Positions 19,326-30,974 are shown, counted from the first letter of the stretch. The stretch: DNA of 64,000 bases from a bacterium (GCA_027368075.1 DAICSO010000002.1:10620-74619), one strand, 5' to 3'. Made by a program: numbers and translations. Notes: generated from the sequence alone by a model not told the origin.

Positions 19326-20525
19326 ATGAATAATGGCCTCAAAGCCCTTACATTTACATCTCTTGCACACTTTGCGAACGATGGTACGGCCTTCATGTTC
19401 CCTGTTCTGATAGTGTATTACACGCAACTCGTACCGGTCACTGTCCTGGGTTCTCTGGCTATTATTTATGAGGTTATTTCCGGATTGCTCAGTATGCGCG
19501 TCGGTTCCTTAGCAGATGCTGGAGACAGAGACAATTCCTTGATTTCGCTGGGAATAGGTATCCTTGCTGGTTCAGTTATTGCATTTGCCATGTCCTTCAT
19601 GTTCCGGCAGTACCTGTATGAATTCCTCCTTCTTGGAATTGTCATGCTTGGCATCGGTCAGGCATTTTACCATCCCCTTGGAGCCACCGTTCTATCTCAA
19701 TCCTTCGGCCGTGAGAGAGCCCCGTCGGCTCTCGGTCTTAACGGAGCCATAGCGAGTTCAGGCAGAGCTGTAATGCCTTTTGTAATGGTATCCATGTTTG
19801 CCATAATTGGCATAGAAACAGGCCTGGGCGTCATTTCCATCTATATGTTCGCTGCTGCCCTTGCCATTTATTTTGGATTGAAATTCTTCCACCGTGAAAA
19901 ATCGAAGACGGTTTCCGGAAGAGTTATCCCAGCGAAAAAAGCACAAATTGACGCCTACAGGAGTTTTCTGCTCCTTCTCACTATCATAGTTTTCATAAGA
20001 TCAATGTTCATGATGGGTGTGACAACATTTGCTCCCACTTACCTCACCAGTGTCTTAAATTCAAAAAGCCTGATGAGCATACTGCTCTCCGTCAGCCTGT
20101 TGACTTCAGTATTTGGACAGCCAATTTTTGGATACCTTACTTCACTTAAAGGCGGTAAATTTACCATAGCCCTAAGCTCCCTCTTTTCTGTGTTGGGATT
20201 TTTTATATTCCTTTTCACAAAGAGCTTCGTCGTAATATTCTTCGGCTATGCACTGTTTACATTCATGGCGTTCACTGGGTTTCCGGTGCTCCTGGGTTAC
20301 GTTGGACAAGTAGTCCCTCGTGAATTTTCTACAAGATCCAATTCAATGGTGTGGGGAGTTGGAAACACGGTGGGCGGTGCAGCAGGAATTGCGGTTTACA
20401 CGGTTTTGTATCCATACATCGGACTTGCAGATGCCATGTGGATCATGTTGCTGTTTGCCATAATATCCGGCCTGATGCTTCCACTGCTCCCGGCTAAGAG
20501 TAAGAAATATGAAACAGTGACCTGA
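19326..20525 (+). CDS. MFS transporter (Fsr-like)
   Basis: About 12 TM helices; AHFAND, G.LAD and FYHPLG motifs. Start placed at ATG 19326. Confidence 0.88.
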   Translation: MNNGLKALTFTSLAHFANDGTAFMFPVLIVYYTQLVPVTVLGSLAIIYEVISGLLSMRVGSLADAGDRDNSLISLGIGILAGSVIAFAMSFMFRQYLYEFLLLGIVMLGIGQAFYHPLGATVLSQSFGRERAPSALGLNGAIASSGRAVMPFVMVSMFAIIGIETGLGVISIYMFAAALAIYFGLKFFHREKSKTVSGRVIPAKKAQIDAYRSFLLLLTIIVFIRSMFMMGVTTFAPTYLTSVLNSKSLMSILLSVSLLTSVFGQPIFGYLTSLKGGKFTIALSSLFSVLGFFIFLFTKSFVVIFFGYALFTFMAFTGFPVLLGYVGQVVPREFSTRSNSMVWGVGNTVGGAAGIAVYTVLYPYIGLADAMWIMLLFAIISGLMLPLLPAKSKKYETVT

Positions 20526-20623
20526 TGAAAGGTCAGGTGCAATAGCCTTCCAATCATGCGATCTTGGTTCTAGAACGAATTAAGCAAGGTTTCATGAGTT
20601 AAGGCACAAAGGTGTGTGAAAAA

Positions 20624-21448
20624 ATGAGAAAGCTAGTCAGCTCCGGCGGAGACGAGGTAAGCATTCCCGATAACCCAGTAAGAATAATCAGCTTCAGTCC
20701 GTCAGTTACCGAAATTCTGTATCAGCTTGGCATGGTAGATAAGATCGTGGGAATCTCTGCTTTCTGTGCCAGGCCGGAAGCTACCAGGTTGAAAAGACGC
20801 GTAGGAAGCTATGGATCGGCGAGAATAGAACTGCTTGAGCAATTGAGGCCTGACCTCGTGTTGACCATATCTGGATTTCAGAGAAAATTCTCAGATTCCG
20901 TAGCCGAAAGGTTCCCGGTGTACATGTTCGATCTGCCCTCAACGGTAGCTGGAATTCTGGACCTGGTCATGCGTGTCGGAATAGTAGTGAACAGGATTGA
21001 TGAAGCAAGACAACTTTACCGTGAACTGCTGAAAAAAGTGCCGGTGCAAAAGGGCACACATAGCGTTCGAGGGTACCTGGAGATCGACCTTGGGGGACCG
21101 GTATCTTTTGGTTCAATGAGCTATATCACAGACGCACTGTACCTCATGGGCGTCAACAGCATATACAGGAATTTCAGCAGTGAATGGCTGACGCCGGATG
21201 ATGACTTAATTCTGCGTAATGATCCCCAAATCATTTTTTATGAACATAAAATGTATACAAAATTATCGGACGCAGAGATGCAGAAAATAGTGATCCAACG
21301 GAAGTGGGATGGAACTTCTGCCGGAAAAACGAAAGCAATTTTCAGGACTCCAGGCACTCTGGATTACTTTGCACATCATGGCCCATCTTTTATAACAGAG
21401 GTAATGCCATGGGCAATGAAGCAGATAGAAAGCACGATCCCTCATTAA
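20624..21448 (+). CDS. Helical-backbone ABC substrate-binding protein (BtuF/cobalamin-iron type), no signal peptide
   Basis: P.RIISFSPSVTEILYQLG..IVGIS.FC..P, ELLEQLRPDLVL, GPSF. Confidence 0.8.
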   Translation: MRKLVSSGGDEVSIPDNPVRIISFSPSVTEILYQLGMVDKIVGISAFCARPEATRLKRRVGSYGSARIELLEQLRPDLVLTISGFQRKFSDSVAERFPVYMFDLPSTVAGILDLVMRVGIVVNRIDEARQLYRELLKKVPVQKGTHSVRGYLEIDLGGPVSFGSMSYITDALYLMGVNSIYRNFSSEWLTPDDDLILRNDPQIIFYEHKMYTKLSDAEMQKIVIQRKWDGTSAGKTKAIFRTPGTLDYFAHHGPSFITEVMPWAMKQIESTIPH

Positions 21449-21548
21449 TGGGCAAAACCTTTGCGCCGGGGAAAAATAACAATTCGATAGCATTATATAC
21501 GAATATTAGATAAGCACCTGTCTTTTTTAGACAAAAGGAAGTAATAGA

Positions 21549-22052
21549 ATGGAAGGAACTACCAAAATAAAAGACCTAACACCTTCTTCAAGGCGTGTTA
21601 ACGTTCTTGCAAAGGTTGTATCAGTAGGCGAGCCAAAATCGATCCAGACAAGATTTGGAGAGGAAAAGTCGGTAACGGAAGTAATCATAGCAGATGAAAC
21701 CGGAAAGATTATACTTTCACTTTGGGGAGACCAGGCAGCTCAAGCTACTGACGGTGCGACGCTCTACATTGACAACGGATACGTTTCCCTGGTCAGGGGC
21801 CACATGAGACTTAACGTCGGAAAATATGGCACATTAAGCGAGGGTACTGAAGAGGTCCCGAGCACAAACGAAGAGCTTGACATGAGCGAGAAGGAATACG
21901 AAAACCAGTACAGAAGCGGTAGCGGCGGTGGCTTCAGAGGCGGTAGCAGCGGAGGATCAGGTTCCTATCGCAGATACGGCGGCGGCGGAAGCGGCGGCAA
22001 CAGAAGCTACGGCGGAAGAGGAAGAAGAGATTCCGATAACAACGAGGATTAA
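21549..22052 (+). CDS. ssb: Single-stranded DNA-binding protein (single OB fold, Gly/Arg-rich and acidic tail)
   Basis: IKDL.P..RRVNVLAKV, ADETGKI.LSLWG, NGYV, LNVGKYG. Confidence 0.9.
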   Translation: MEGTTKIKDLTPSSRRVNVLAKVVSVGEPKSIQTRFGEEKSVTEVIIADETGKIILSLWGDQAAQATDGATLYIDNGYVSLVRGHMRLNVGKYGTLSEGTEEVPSTNEELDMSEKEYENQYRSGSGGGFRGGSSGGSGSYRRYGGGGSGGNRSYGGRGRRDSDNNED

Positions 22053-22091
22053 TTTAATCCTCACTCATTTTTAAAAGATTTTTTAGCATTT

Positions 22092-23846
22092 CTAAGATAC
22101 TGTTTTTCTCTGGCTAAGAAACATTTCCAGAATTTCTGCCGTGGTTGTGGCATCTTCAGGCTTTTTGTCTCTCCTTATCCTGCCATTGAATCTCGGAAAT
22201 CTTATGGCAAGGCCAGATTCTTTTTCAACTGTTCCATAGGCGCAGGTGTGTATGGGACTGACCGTTATCTCTGCGCCTATTATCTCCAAAACCATTGTTG
22301 GATCAAGCCATATGTCCGGTTCCATATTTGAAACAACACGGGCGGGCTTGGTCTCGACCCTCTCTTCAGAAAGTTCCTTGGACATTGAAATCAGGAATTC
22401 ATCCGTGAAACCTGAGCCCAGTTTGCATGTCGTCTCGAAGGTGTCATTGACCTGGTTGTAGCATGCCATTAAAAGGGCCCCGTATTTTCCTTTCCTTCTG
22501 CCCTGTCCACCGAAGGCTCCAACAACGACAAGATCGAGTGTGTCGGATAATTCCGCCTGATAATCCTTCTTCAACTTGATCCACAGCCATCCTCTTGCCC
22601 CTGCACGATAAATTGAGTTTTCGGCAAGACTCTTCGCAACAACTCCCTCACAGCCGTCCGCTATCGACTGATTGAAAAATGCCCTGATCACGTCCTCGTC
22701 ACTGGATACAAGCCTCCTAGCCAGCTTGAATGACTGTCCTTCAATAACTGCCTTCTCCAATATTGATCTCCTTTCGCCATACGGTTTTCCGGCAAGCGAC
22801 TCTCCATTAAGGTAAAGGATATCGAACAGGAATACAGTAATTGGGATCTCGCTCTGCATCTCACCAAGTCGATATTTTCTGCCCCTGCGCTGGGAGACAA
22901 ATTGGAATGGATAAAGTTCTCCCGTTTCAGGGTTATAGGGGACAGATTCACCATCAAGTATGCATGAATCACAGGAGAATGTCTCTGCAACCGCTTTAAC
23001 TATGTCTGGAAATTGATCTGTGACGTCCTCTGTACCACGAGAGAATATTCTGACTTTCCCACCGGATTTGTGTATCTGTGTCCTGAGTCCATCATATTTA
23101 TATTCAAAAGCAGCACCCTGATCCATCTTTCCCATTATGGATCTTATATCATGAAGCCTTTCTGCAAGCATGACCTTGAATGGTATGAGCGGTTCAGGGC
23201 CTATTGCCCGAATGGCTTCGATGTCACCGTTCCTTAGCAGTTCGGCTATATGCCCGATATCAGGGTGAAAATTGTACGCGTTGTCAACTGCCTCGTGGTC
23301 TGCCTTTGCGGCAAATGCAAGTGTCAATGCATCTATTATGGTGGAATCAGCTATTCCCAAGCGCAATTTTCCCTCGATGATTCTTGATATATATTTGGAA
23401 TCCGCAGGGGTGCCACTTATGAAGATGTTCTTGAGAGTGTTGATTTTCATTGCGATGCTCCCCTGTCCTTTTGACTCGGAGAGTTTCATCAGGGATTCAT
23501 GAACTGATCTCACAGTAAGCTCCTGAGTTTCGAGGGAAGCCTGCCGCTTGGTGCTCATTATTGATTCAACCAGTTCTCCAATGTCTCCTTCCTTTACCAG
23601 TCGTGATCCTATCTCTTCCTCGGGAAGCCCGGATACTGAGGAAAGCGCCTTTATAATGCTCTTCTCGGAGACGCCTGTTTCTATACCAAGATAATCCGGA
23701 GCAAGCTTCCCCTGCATGAGGTAAACAAGTGTTTTAAGGTCGTCTCCAGACTCCTTCATCAGATCAACAAGGATAGAACTCAGTTCAAGCCTCTTCGTAG
23801 TCTTCGAGAGTTCTTCGAAACTCTTCGTAACCTCCGAGAATTTCAC
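22092..23846 (-). CDS. lig: ATP-dependent DNA ligase
   Basis: EYKYDGLR (motif I), [23 protein letters not shown]. Confidence 0.97.
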   Translation of the reverse strand: MKFSEVTKSFEELSKTTKRLELSSILVDLMKESGDDLKTLVYLMQGKLAPDYLGIETGVSEKSIIKALSSVSGLPEEEIGSRLVKEGDIGELVESIMSTKRQASLETQELTVRSVHESLMKLSESKGQGSIAMKINTLKNIFISGTPADSKYISRIIEGKLRLGIADSTIIDALTLAFAAKADHEAVDNAYNFHPDIGHIAELLRNGDIEAIRAIGPEPLIPFKVMLAERLHDIRSIMGKMDQGAAFEYKYDGLRTQIHKSGGKVRIFSRGTEDVTDQFPDIVKAVAETFSCDSCILDGESVPYNPETGELYPFQFVSQRRGRKYRLGEMQSEIPITVFLFDILYLNGESLAGKPYGERRSILEKAVIEGQSFKLARRLVSSDEDVIRAFFNQSIADGCEGVVAKSLAENSIYRAGARGWLWIKLKKDYQAELSDTLDLVVVGAFGGQGRRKGKYGALLMACYNQVNDTFETTCKLGSGFTDEFLISMSKELSEERVETKPARVVSNMEPDIWLDPTMVLEIIGAEITVSPIHTCAYGTVEKESGLAIRFPRFNGRIRRDKKPEDATTTAEILEMFLSQRKTVS

Positions 23847-24658
23847 GACCTATGATCCCATGGATGGTTAAAAGTATAACTGAAGTCAGGAGCTTCTCCT
23901 GTCACCCGATCAAGCAGAAATTTCTCCGTAACGAGCTTAGCCTCGGTGTGATGGATTTCATCTCTGAGTATCTTGGGAAACTTGGGGGATGGAACGTTGA
24001 TAAATTGTATCCCAGAGTAAAAAATGTCCATAAGGACAAGGAAGCATGGTTCCGCCAGCCCGGAAAACCGGGATTTGAGATCGAATGGATCGCAAAGTGG
24101 ATTAGATTCCTGATTCCAGAGAGAATAGGCAATAATACTGCGTATCTGGTTCCACAGAAAACTCTGGCCATAGAAATCCACATAAACCAGGTTACCGGAT
24201 TGCCTTACGTCGATGCGATCTATGGTCCTTATGGGTATCCTGCCATCGGTTCTGGAAAAACAGGAAAAATCATGGGTGCCTTCGAAACGGTGCAGAATTG
24301 ATGAAATTATGTCAAGCTGCACGGACTCAGACGCAAGGATGTAGCGATATACTTTCATGTCGCAATGTCTTGGCCTGAAAGTACTGTCAACAGCAGCATA
24401 TGAGTGCAGGATCAAATTTTTCCCGCCTGAGTTGACTATTCCAGAAATTTTTTCGGGTCTTTCGTCCGAGTCTATGTAAACTGCGTTTCCAACGGCAGAT
24501 ACACCTCTGTCGGTTCTCGCAGCTGACCTGATCCCGCAATTGATCCCTGCGGCCATTAGTCGTCTGATAATTGTATCCTCAACGCTGTTCTCACCGTTTC
24601 CTTTCTGGTATCCGGAGAACTCTGAGCCATCATATGCGAACTTGAAGACATAACCCAT
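23843..24658 (-). CDS. truA: tRNA pseudouridine(38-40) synthase
   Basis: [36 protein letters not shown]. Confidence 0.9.
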   Translation of the reverse strand: MGYVFKFAYDGSEFSGYQKGNGENSVEDTIIRRLMAAGINCGIRSAARTDRGVSAVGNAVYIDSDERPEKISGIVNSGGKNLILHSYAAVDSTFRPRHCDMKVYRYILASESVQLDIISSILHRFEGTHDFSCFSRTDGRIPIRTIDRIDVRQSGNLVYVDFYGQSFLWNQIRSIIAYSLWNQESNPLCDPFDLKSRFSGLAEPCFLVLMDIFYSGIQFINVPSPKFPKILRDEIHHTEAKLVTEKFLLDRVTGEAPDFSYTFNHPWDHRS

Positions 24659-24704
24659 TTCATATTACCTCAGCGAGATTATTTATGCACCTCGATATTT
24701 TGCC

Positions 24705-25676
24705 TTGATGATAAATGTTGCTGGACTCGGGGTTGCAGGATCTTACCTCCTGAGGAGGTTGAACCAGGAAGGTTTCGATTCTCTGGGCTTCGACCCCAAA
24801 CGCCCGGACTATTACATTCCATGTGGTTATGCCACCAACCTTGACAGAATTAAAACCTTTGCCAGTCGCGCTGGACTGGATCTGGAAGAATATTCCACGG
24901 TGCGATCCAATTCAGTTACTTTTTCCGGAAACGAGTTTGGTCCGGTTGAATTCTCCGGGCGTGGAATCGGGACCTTTGACAAGAACCGTTTCGAAAGAGA
25001 CCTGATAGCGGGTGTCCCTACAAGAATGGCAGCGTTCAGGAAGGCCGAGGACGGATCTGTGACAATAGATGCTACTGGTGTCTCCAGACAGATTCTTGGA
25101 AAGGTGGAAAATGATCACTTGATGTATGCCAGGGAGATTATTTCAGGGAAGGCTGATCATAGAGATTTCTATTTTCACTTCTTTGAGAAAGGAACGGGTT
25201 ATTACTGGGAATTCCCAATTGCAGGAGGCTATCACATTGGGGCCGGAGCGCTGACGCTTGATATGGTTGATGAAGCACTTCGATCAGTACAGCCGGGTTT
25301 CACGGTTGGCAGGAAGATAAGGATGAAACCGCTCCTTGAGAACATGAGCAGAGGCAATGTTATCGGCGTAGGTGAATCAATAGGGCTGGTCTCCCCCATA
25401 ACTGGAGAAGGAATAATGCCTGCACTGGAATCAGCGGAAATTCTTATCCAGATCATGAAAAAGCAAGATGATCTCGATATGATCAAGATGGACTACCGGA
25501 AGCAGATAATGAAGGCATATGGCTACTATGAACAGCTGTACGACCTGGTTTCAGCAATACAGAATGGAAGAACACTGGGTTTCTCAGCTCTACGTACTTC
25601 ATTGCTGGCAAGAAAGGATCTCATAGGCTTCGGCATCGATTTCAGCATAAGAAAGGTTATCCGGCACTTCATATGA
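24705..25676 (+). CDS. FAD-dependent oxidoreductase, geranylgeranyl reductase-like
   Basis: GLGVAG, PCG, IDATG, GYYWEFP, VGESIGLVSPITGEGI. Confidence 0.78.
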   Translation: MMINVAGLGVAGSYLLRRLNQEGFDSLGFDPKRPDYYIPCGYATNLDRIKTFASRAGLDLEEYSTVRSNSVTFSGNEFGPVEFSGRGIGTFDKNRFERDLIAGVPTRMAAFRKAEDGSVTIDATGVSRQILGKVENDHLMYAREIISGKADHRDFYFHFFEKGTGYYWEFPIAGGYHIGAGALTLDMVDEALRSVQPGFTVGRKIRMKPLLENMSRGNVIGVGESIGLVSPITGEGIMPALESAEILIQIMKKQDDLDMIKMDYRKQIMKAYGYYEQLYDLVSAIQNGRTLGFSALRTSLLARKDLIGFGIDFSIRKVIRHFI

Positions 25677-25679
25677 CTT

Positions 25680-27647
25680 TCAGATTACACCGCCGTCGAC
25701 GGGTATCATTGCATCGGTAGTTGCACCGAACGCCTCCTCGTCGATCAATGAAAGGAGCACATTTGCAACGTGATCTGGAAGAACCTCACGCCTGAGCAGA
25801 TTCTGGGTTTTGTATTCCTCAACCGTCTGCCCCTTTGCCATGGCTCTGGCCTCAAGTACCCCGTTCTCCCAGATCCGGGAACCACGAAAGATCTTGTCTG
25901 GATTTATGATATTGGCTCTCACGCCGAAGGGCCCGCCCTCCTTTGCAGCATAATGGCATACGTGTGCTGCGAAGGCCTTGGATGACCCGTAGGAAGTCAT
26001 TCCAGAACCGGGATGCAGAAGATTCTTTGTAATGTTGTAAACAAGATTTCCTCCAATCTGCTGTGCCTTCATTATTCTCAGAGCCTCCTGTGTTATGATG
26101 AAACTGGCACGTCCGATGACTGCATAATGCAAATCCAGGTCCTCGATCCTTACGTCCTCTATCATGTCACTTTTCAGGACGCCTGCGTTGCTGAACACGA
26201 TATCGAGCCCACCATATGTTCTTATCACTTCCCGGAACATGCCCCTTATCTGGTTCTCCATGGAAAGATCAACGACCGCCGGAAGACTTGCGATTCCAGT
26301 TTGGGCTGAAATTTCCCTGGCAATTTCACTGATTTTGCCGTCCAGATCGCACGCAATGACGGTGGAGCCGTTTTGCGATAGCTTTCGGAATGCCTCAAGC
26401 CCTATTCCGTTCGCTGCTCCAGTTACAAGGGATATGCTACCCTGAAGTTTTTTTGGCCTGAATTTCTTGAGTTTTGCCTCTTCCAATGGCCAGTATTCCA
26501 TGTTGTAGGCTTCCTGCCGGGAGATAAACTCGTGATGCGAAATTGCGTCAGCGTTTGCGTTGACCATAAATGTGTGCAGGGCAAGGTCATGAATAATCCT
26601 TGCTTCCTTTTCAGTTATTCCTGCGGTTATAATCCCGTATCCCCTTATCACGATGATTGACGGATAGGGATCGTGCATTGGGTACCCATGAACATATTTC
26701 CTGTAGTCCTCAGCATATTTATCGGCAAATTTTTCAATTGACTCCTGGATGTTGTCCAGGTTCTCCAGGTAGAGATATTCATATTTCGTCCTGATGAGCA
26801 TGTCGGGAGTCGCAGGACCGTATGCAGTAAACTGCTGGCCCTCGATAGAGCGTGCTATCTCCCCGGAAATGCCGGATGAGTCGATGTTCAGTATCTTTTT
26901 TCCGCGTCTCGATAAGCTGCCGCGAATGACTGGAATTGCCTTCTCTGCTTCTGCTTCAGGAATTGCCTCAAATACTGCCTTGAACCTGGAAGGCACCCTT
27001 TTGCCTATGTACTTATCCGCGGCAGAGACGATTTTCTGGTGCTTGTTCCAGGCTTCGTCAGCCCGGTCTGAAAATGTGAACAGCCCATGCCTGGAAAGCA
27101 CAATTCCGTCCACCTTTCCGATTGCTTCCCTTCCGAGGGAAAGGATCGCCCTGGCGAGAGTGAACCCCGGCGGTATGTAGGGCAGCACAATCACATTGCC
27201 CAGTATATCTCTGACTGCATCTGCAGAAAGGTCAGTGTTGGTTATCGACAGGATTGCATCCGCGTGGGAATGCATAACAAAGGTATAAGGAATGAATGCA
27301 TGAAGAAAGGACTCCACGGAAGGGGATGGCTCTGACGGATCCACCATGCTTTTTCTCAGGTAATCAGCCATGGCTTCATCGGTCATGCTCTCAATCTTTT
27401 CTGCGGCTGACAAGTCGTCGAGCCTTAGCCCCGTGAATCCACTCTCCTCTATGGTTGAGAGATCTGATCCGCTTCCTTTTACCCTGAGAACCATAAGATC
27501 CTTTCCGGTATGATCAACCTCGTGTGTCTTTGCCGAAGTGTTTCCTCCCCCATGCAGGACGAGATTTTCATTCGAACCGAGTTTTCTTGAATAGTTTACC
27601 AAATCGACCATGGTTTCTGATCGTGAACCATCTGATTGCATTGGCAT
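25680..27647 (-). CDS. Bifunctional class II aldolase (rhamnulose-1-P aldolase-like)/short-chain dehydrogenase
   Basis: LVLHGGGNTSAK, KGSGSDL, PSVESFLH, HSHAD, EYWPLEEAKL, TGAANGIG, YGSSK. Confidence 0.9.
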   Translation of the reverse strand: MPMQSDGSRSETMVDLVNYSRKLGSNENLVLHGGGNTSAKTHEVDHTGKDLMVLRVKGSGSDLSTIEESGFTGLRLDDLSAAEKIESMTDEAMADYLRKSMVDPSEPSPSVESFLHAFIPYTFVMHSHADAILSITNTDLSADAVRDILGNVIVLPYIPPGFTLARAILSLGREAIGKVDGIVLSRHGLFTFSDRADEAWNKHQKIVSAADKYIGKRVPSRFKAVFEAIPEAEAEKAIPVIRGSLSRRGKKILNIDSSGISGEIARSIEGQQFTAYGPATPDMLIRTKYEYLYLENLDNIQESIEKFADKYAEDYRKYVHGYPMHDPYPSIIVIRGYGIITAGITEKEARIIHDLALHTFMVNANADAISHHEFISRQEAYNMEYWPLEEAKLKKFRPKKLQGSISLVTGAANGIGLEAFRKLSQNGSTVIACDLDGKISEIAREISAQTGIASLPAVVDLSMENQIRGMFREVIRTYGGLDIVFSNAGVLKSDMIEDVRIEDLDLHYAVIGRASFIITQEALRIMKAQQIGGNLVYNITKNLLHPGSGMTSYGSSKAFAAHVCHYAAKEGGPFGVRANIINPDKIFRGSRIWENGVLEARAMAKGQTVEEYKTQNLLRREVLPDHVANVLLSLIDEEAFGATTDAMIPVDGGVI

Positions 27648-27689
27648 GGAATAACCTTGAACTTTATAACCGTTGATCTCCAGGCAGGA

Positions 27690-30419
27690 CTATTTGTTCA
27701 GGACAATCACGGGTCTGCCCGGCCAGGCTATTTTTCCATTTACAGGATCGTCGACTCTTCTTACTTCCATCTTTGCACTTAAAATTGATTCTATAAAGCT
27801 CCTGTTAGCTTCAATTGCAGAATATTCATCAACGCCATTGAGAGAAATGCTCTTCCGGTTTTTCGTAAAATCCCGGATCATGAACCTGTGTGCCTTGTCC
27901 ACCTTCCCGTAATCACCGTCCGTGAGGATCCTGGCAAGTTCCGCGGTTTCCTTTCCAGCTGTATAAACTTGAACTGTTTTCGGTGTTATTTTGGTGATAG
28001 CCATTATGGATCTAATATCTGAAATCAGCTTCTGTACATAGCTGTCTTCCTCGATTACCACAGTATCGATAGATAGTTCCGGCTGCCTGTTAAGCTGCTG
28101 GATGGAGACGAATGATTCCCCAATATGCCTGTGCCAGTATTCCTCGGCCGTATGCGGTATGGCAGGAGAAAGTGCTATGAGCCAGTCCTTCATCACTTTT
28201 CCGATTGCGAGACCTGTCCTGCCTCCCCTGGTCTCACACCTCCTTAGATCATTAAGGACCTCATAAAATATGGAAACGAAAGCAGATCGGATGTTGTATT
28301 TTTCCATGTTCTCAATGTAACTCTTCAGATGCATATAGAAAGATGAGACAAACCACTTCTCGGCGCCATTCATCTCATCCTCGATCGGCTTGTAATTGTC
28401 AAGTATCTGGACAAAGCTGTCATACCTCTTCCTCAGTGCGTTTACATCAGCTTCATTCCAGTCAAGAGTTGACGAAAAGTCTGCCCCAACCGCCACATAA
28501 AGTCTATAGATATCGGCAGAATATTTCCGGGAAACTGCCATTAAGGACTCCCCGTTACCCTTGCTCTTTGAGATCTTGCGTCCATCAGCGGTAATTATCC
28601 CGGAGATAATCAGTGCCGATGGGAGGTAGCTTCCGCTGAAAATGGCGACGTGATTAAGAATATAGAACGCAAGATGGTTTGTCAGGTGAGGGTAGGAAGT
28701 GAGTCTAACATCCACTCCGTACCAGTACTCCATCTCTTTCCTTGCTTCATTTGCAAGTTTGAGGATTTCCTCTGGATATCTGCTTTTTTCCAGCGCTGGT
28801 TCATTGGTGAAGATATATTCTAGTATCCCGGGATCTATTTCACCTGCAATGTCCTTAATTTTCCTCAGGTAATTTGAATTTGTATATACTGCCGGATAGA
28901 TCGTGGAATCAGAGAGCGATTCGATGATCCACCGCTCATCCATGGGAAGGTGCGTTCCAAGTCCACGAAGCCTTGCGCATGGCCTCTGCTTCAGCCAGTC
29001 GATTGTTTCCTGCATTGAACTCTTGTAATGTTCAGGTATGAACTGCATGTCATCCACGAGCTTATGAGCCCTCTCCTTGAGCCATTCCAGTGAGTAATCC
29101 AGAAACCACTGATCCCTAAGCACCGCAACTATGACCCTGTCGCCAGTCCTGGTCTCCGCCTGGCGCGACGTTTCATAAAATATCAGTGCATCTCCATCTT
29201 CAACGAGTGTTTCCCTTATTTTTTCACGTGCTCTTGCCACGGTCTGGCCGGAAATAACCGGAAGGCCCTCAATCATTATCCCTCCGTAGTATTCTGTGCG
29301 GTACAATTCTACGTTAACCTCCCTCAGCTTCTCGTAATCTGATAGATCAACGGAATGCGCCCTCTGCATTACAGCATCAGCCGGATTCTCTATAGTGATT
29401 ATCACCCTCGGCTGAATGTCAAGCCCCTTCCTGATAACCTCTGCGTAATCAATTATGGAGTGCCCCGGAACTGAATAGACAATTCCCGATCCGTTTGATG
29501 GGTTTACAAAATCAGCTTCATATACCTTGACCTTCAACCTTTCAATGGGAGTGTAGAATTCCCTGCCAAGTATCTCCCGCTTTTCCATTTCCCTGAGGAA
29601 TTTAACGCCATCACGCTGATATGACAGTTTAGTGTATGCTTCGGACGATACAGCTACAGGATCACCGTCAAGCTCTATAAGAACGTAATGCCCTGCACTG
29701 CTGATCCACAGGTTGGTGATGCCGAATATTGTTTCAGGTCTTATGGAAGCTGCAAGAAGAGAAAAATCCTCTGACCTGAACTTCACTGCGGTAAACTCCT
29801 CGATTGATACCTTGTCTATATCTCCATCACTAATGTCGTCCTCGCCAACCGCGTTATTCTCGGCCGGACTGAAAAGAATCGGATACCTTTCCTGGTGGAT
29901 CATTCCAAGCCTTTGTAATTTAAGAAATTGCCAGCGGACAAAATCCTGATAAAAATCGTCGGCTGAAGTAAAGCGCCTTGACCAGTCTATGGAGTAACCC
30001 ATTGAGGTAAAGTCCTTAACCGTTGCATCGGAAAAATAATCAGCTATGTTCTTCGGTTCTACCATTGTTTTGAGTATCTTCTGGATGTTTTGTTCCGGCT
30101 CGTATGTGGCTATGTCCCGGGTAAGCTGAGATATGGCTTTCGCTTCCCCATTTCTCAATCTGCTTGCAAGTGCAAGGATAGGGGTTCCACTCTGGTGAAA
30201 CCCCATGGGAAAAAGAACGTTGTAACCGGTGATTCTTTTGTATCTTGCAATCACGTCTCCGAGGGTATAAGTCCTCCCGTGACCAACGTGCAGTGACCCG
30301 TTGGTGTATGGCCATGGCACTGTAATAAGAAACTTTTTTTTATTCCTGTCAAGAGCCGGCTGGAAAATCTTGCTTTTGGACCAGGCTTCCTGCCATTTCT
30401 TTTCAGTGTACTGGTCCAT
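27690..30419 (-). CDS. leuS: Leucine--tRNA ligase (archaeal type)
   Basis: PWPYTNGSLHVGH, DWSRRFTS, RPET, CARLRGLGT, WIIESLSDSTIY, KISKSKGN. Start ATG 30419 with upstream GGTG. Confidence 0.93.
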   Translation of the reverse strand: MDQYTEKKWQEAWSKSKIFQPALDRNKKKFLITVPWPYTNGSLHVGHGRTYTLGDVIARYKRITGYNVLFPMGFHQSGTPILALASRLRNGEAKAISQLTRDIATYEPEQNIQKILKTMVEPKNIADYFSDATVKDFTSMGYSIDWSRRFTSADDFYQDFVRWQFLKLQRLGMIHQERYPILFSPAENNAVGEDDISDGDIDKVSIEEFTAVKFRSEDFSLLAASIRPETIFGITNLWISSAGHYVLIELDGDPVAVSSEAYTKLSYQRDGVKFLREMEKREILGREFYTPIERLKVKVYEADFVNPSNGSGIVYSVPGHSIIDYAEVIRKGLDIQPRVIITIENPADAVMQRAHSVDLSDYEKLREVNVELYRTEYYGGIMIEGLPVISGQTVARAREKIRETLVEDGDALIFYETSRQAETRTGDRVIVAVLRDQWFLDYSLEWLKERAHKLVDDMQFIPEHYKSSMQETIDWLKQRPCARLRGLGTHLPMDERWIIESLSDSTIYPAVYTNSNYLRKIKDIAGEIDPGILEYIFTNEPALEKSRYPEEILKLANEARKEMEYWYGVDVRLTSYPHLTNHLAFYILNHVAIFSGSYLPSALIISGIITADGRKISKSKGNGESLMAVSRKYSADIYRLYVAVGADFSSTLDWNEADVNALRKRYDSFVQILDNYKPIEDEMNGAEKWFVSSFYMHLKSYIENMEKYNIRSAFVSIFYEVLNDLRRCETRGGRTGLAIGKVMKDWLIALSPAIPHTAEEYWHRHIGESFVSIQQLNRQPELSIDTVVIEEDSYVQKLISDIRSIMAITKITPKTVQVYTAGKETAELARILTDGDYGKVDKAHRFMIRDFTKNRKSISLNGVDEYSAIEANRSFIESILSAKMEVRRVDDPVNGKIAWPGRPVIVLNK

Positions 30420-30428
30420 TGAACGCAC

Positions 30429-30974
30429 CTATACTATCAGGACTGCAGCAGCAACTGTTGTGGTCCATTCGCCGGATTTAAGAACAACGGCGGTTGAGCA
30501 AATGTTGCGGGTGGTCAGTATCTTGTCCTCAAGAACGTATTCCTTCTTGTTGTCATCCCAGACCAATTTGTCCATCAGTCCCATGGTGCTAGCCAGCATC
30601 TCTGCCGCGAGCTTCTCAGCATAGTAGCCAGCTACCTTTTCTGTCTCCCCAAAACTGTGGTGTTCGCTGAGGTATCCCCACTTGCTCTGATCCCTGGGTA
30701 TAGCGTAGCCGATTGCAGCCGAAATCATCCTGTTGAGCTCATTTGTGGAATTTCTGGCAAGAACCGAGAATAATATCTGTCCAGGAGATAGGAGCTTTAT
30801 TCCATCCTCTCTCGAAACGGTTTCTGCAAAGGGCGGGAAAATTGAACTTATGCTGGATAAGTTGTAAGGAGCTATTCCGGCATCCCTCAAAGCCTCCTCA
30901 AATGACTGAAGCTGGCTTTCACCGCGGCCCACGCCACGGGTAAAAAATATCTTCTTTGGAACTAATGCAGACAT
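30429..30974 (-). CDS. pdaD: Pyruvoyl-dependent arginine decarboxylase
   Basis: [25 protein letters not shown] self-cleavage region, GYLSEHH. Confidence 0.9.
   Translation of the reverse strand: MSALVPKKIFFTRGVGRGESQLQSFEEALRDAGIAPYNLSSISSIFPPFAETVSREDGIKLLSPGQILFSVLARNSTNELNRMISAAIGYAIPRDQSKWGYLSEHHSFGETEKVAGYYAEKLAAEMLASTMGLMDKLVWDDNKKEYVLEDKILTTRNICSTAVVLKSGEWTTTVAAAVLIV

Noticed and set aside
21915-22030. GGC/GGA-rich low-complexity repeats
   Set aside because: They encode the Gly/Arg-rich SSB tail and are not a DNA repeat element.
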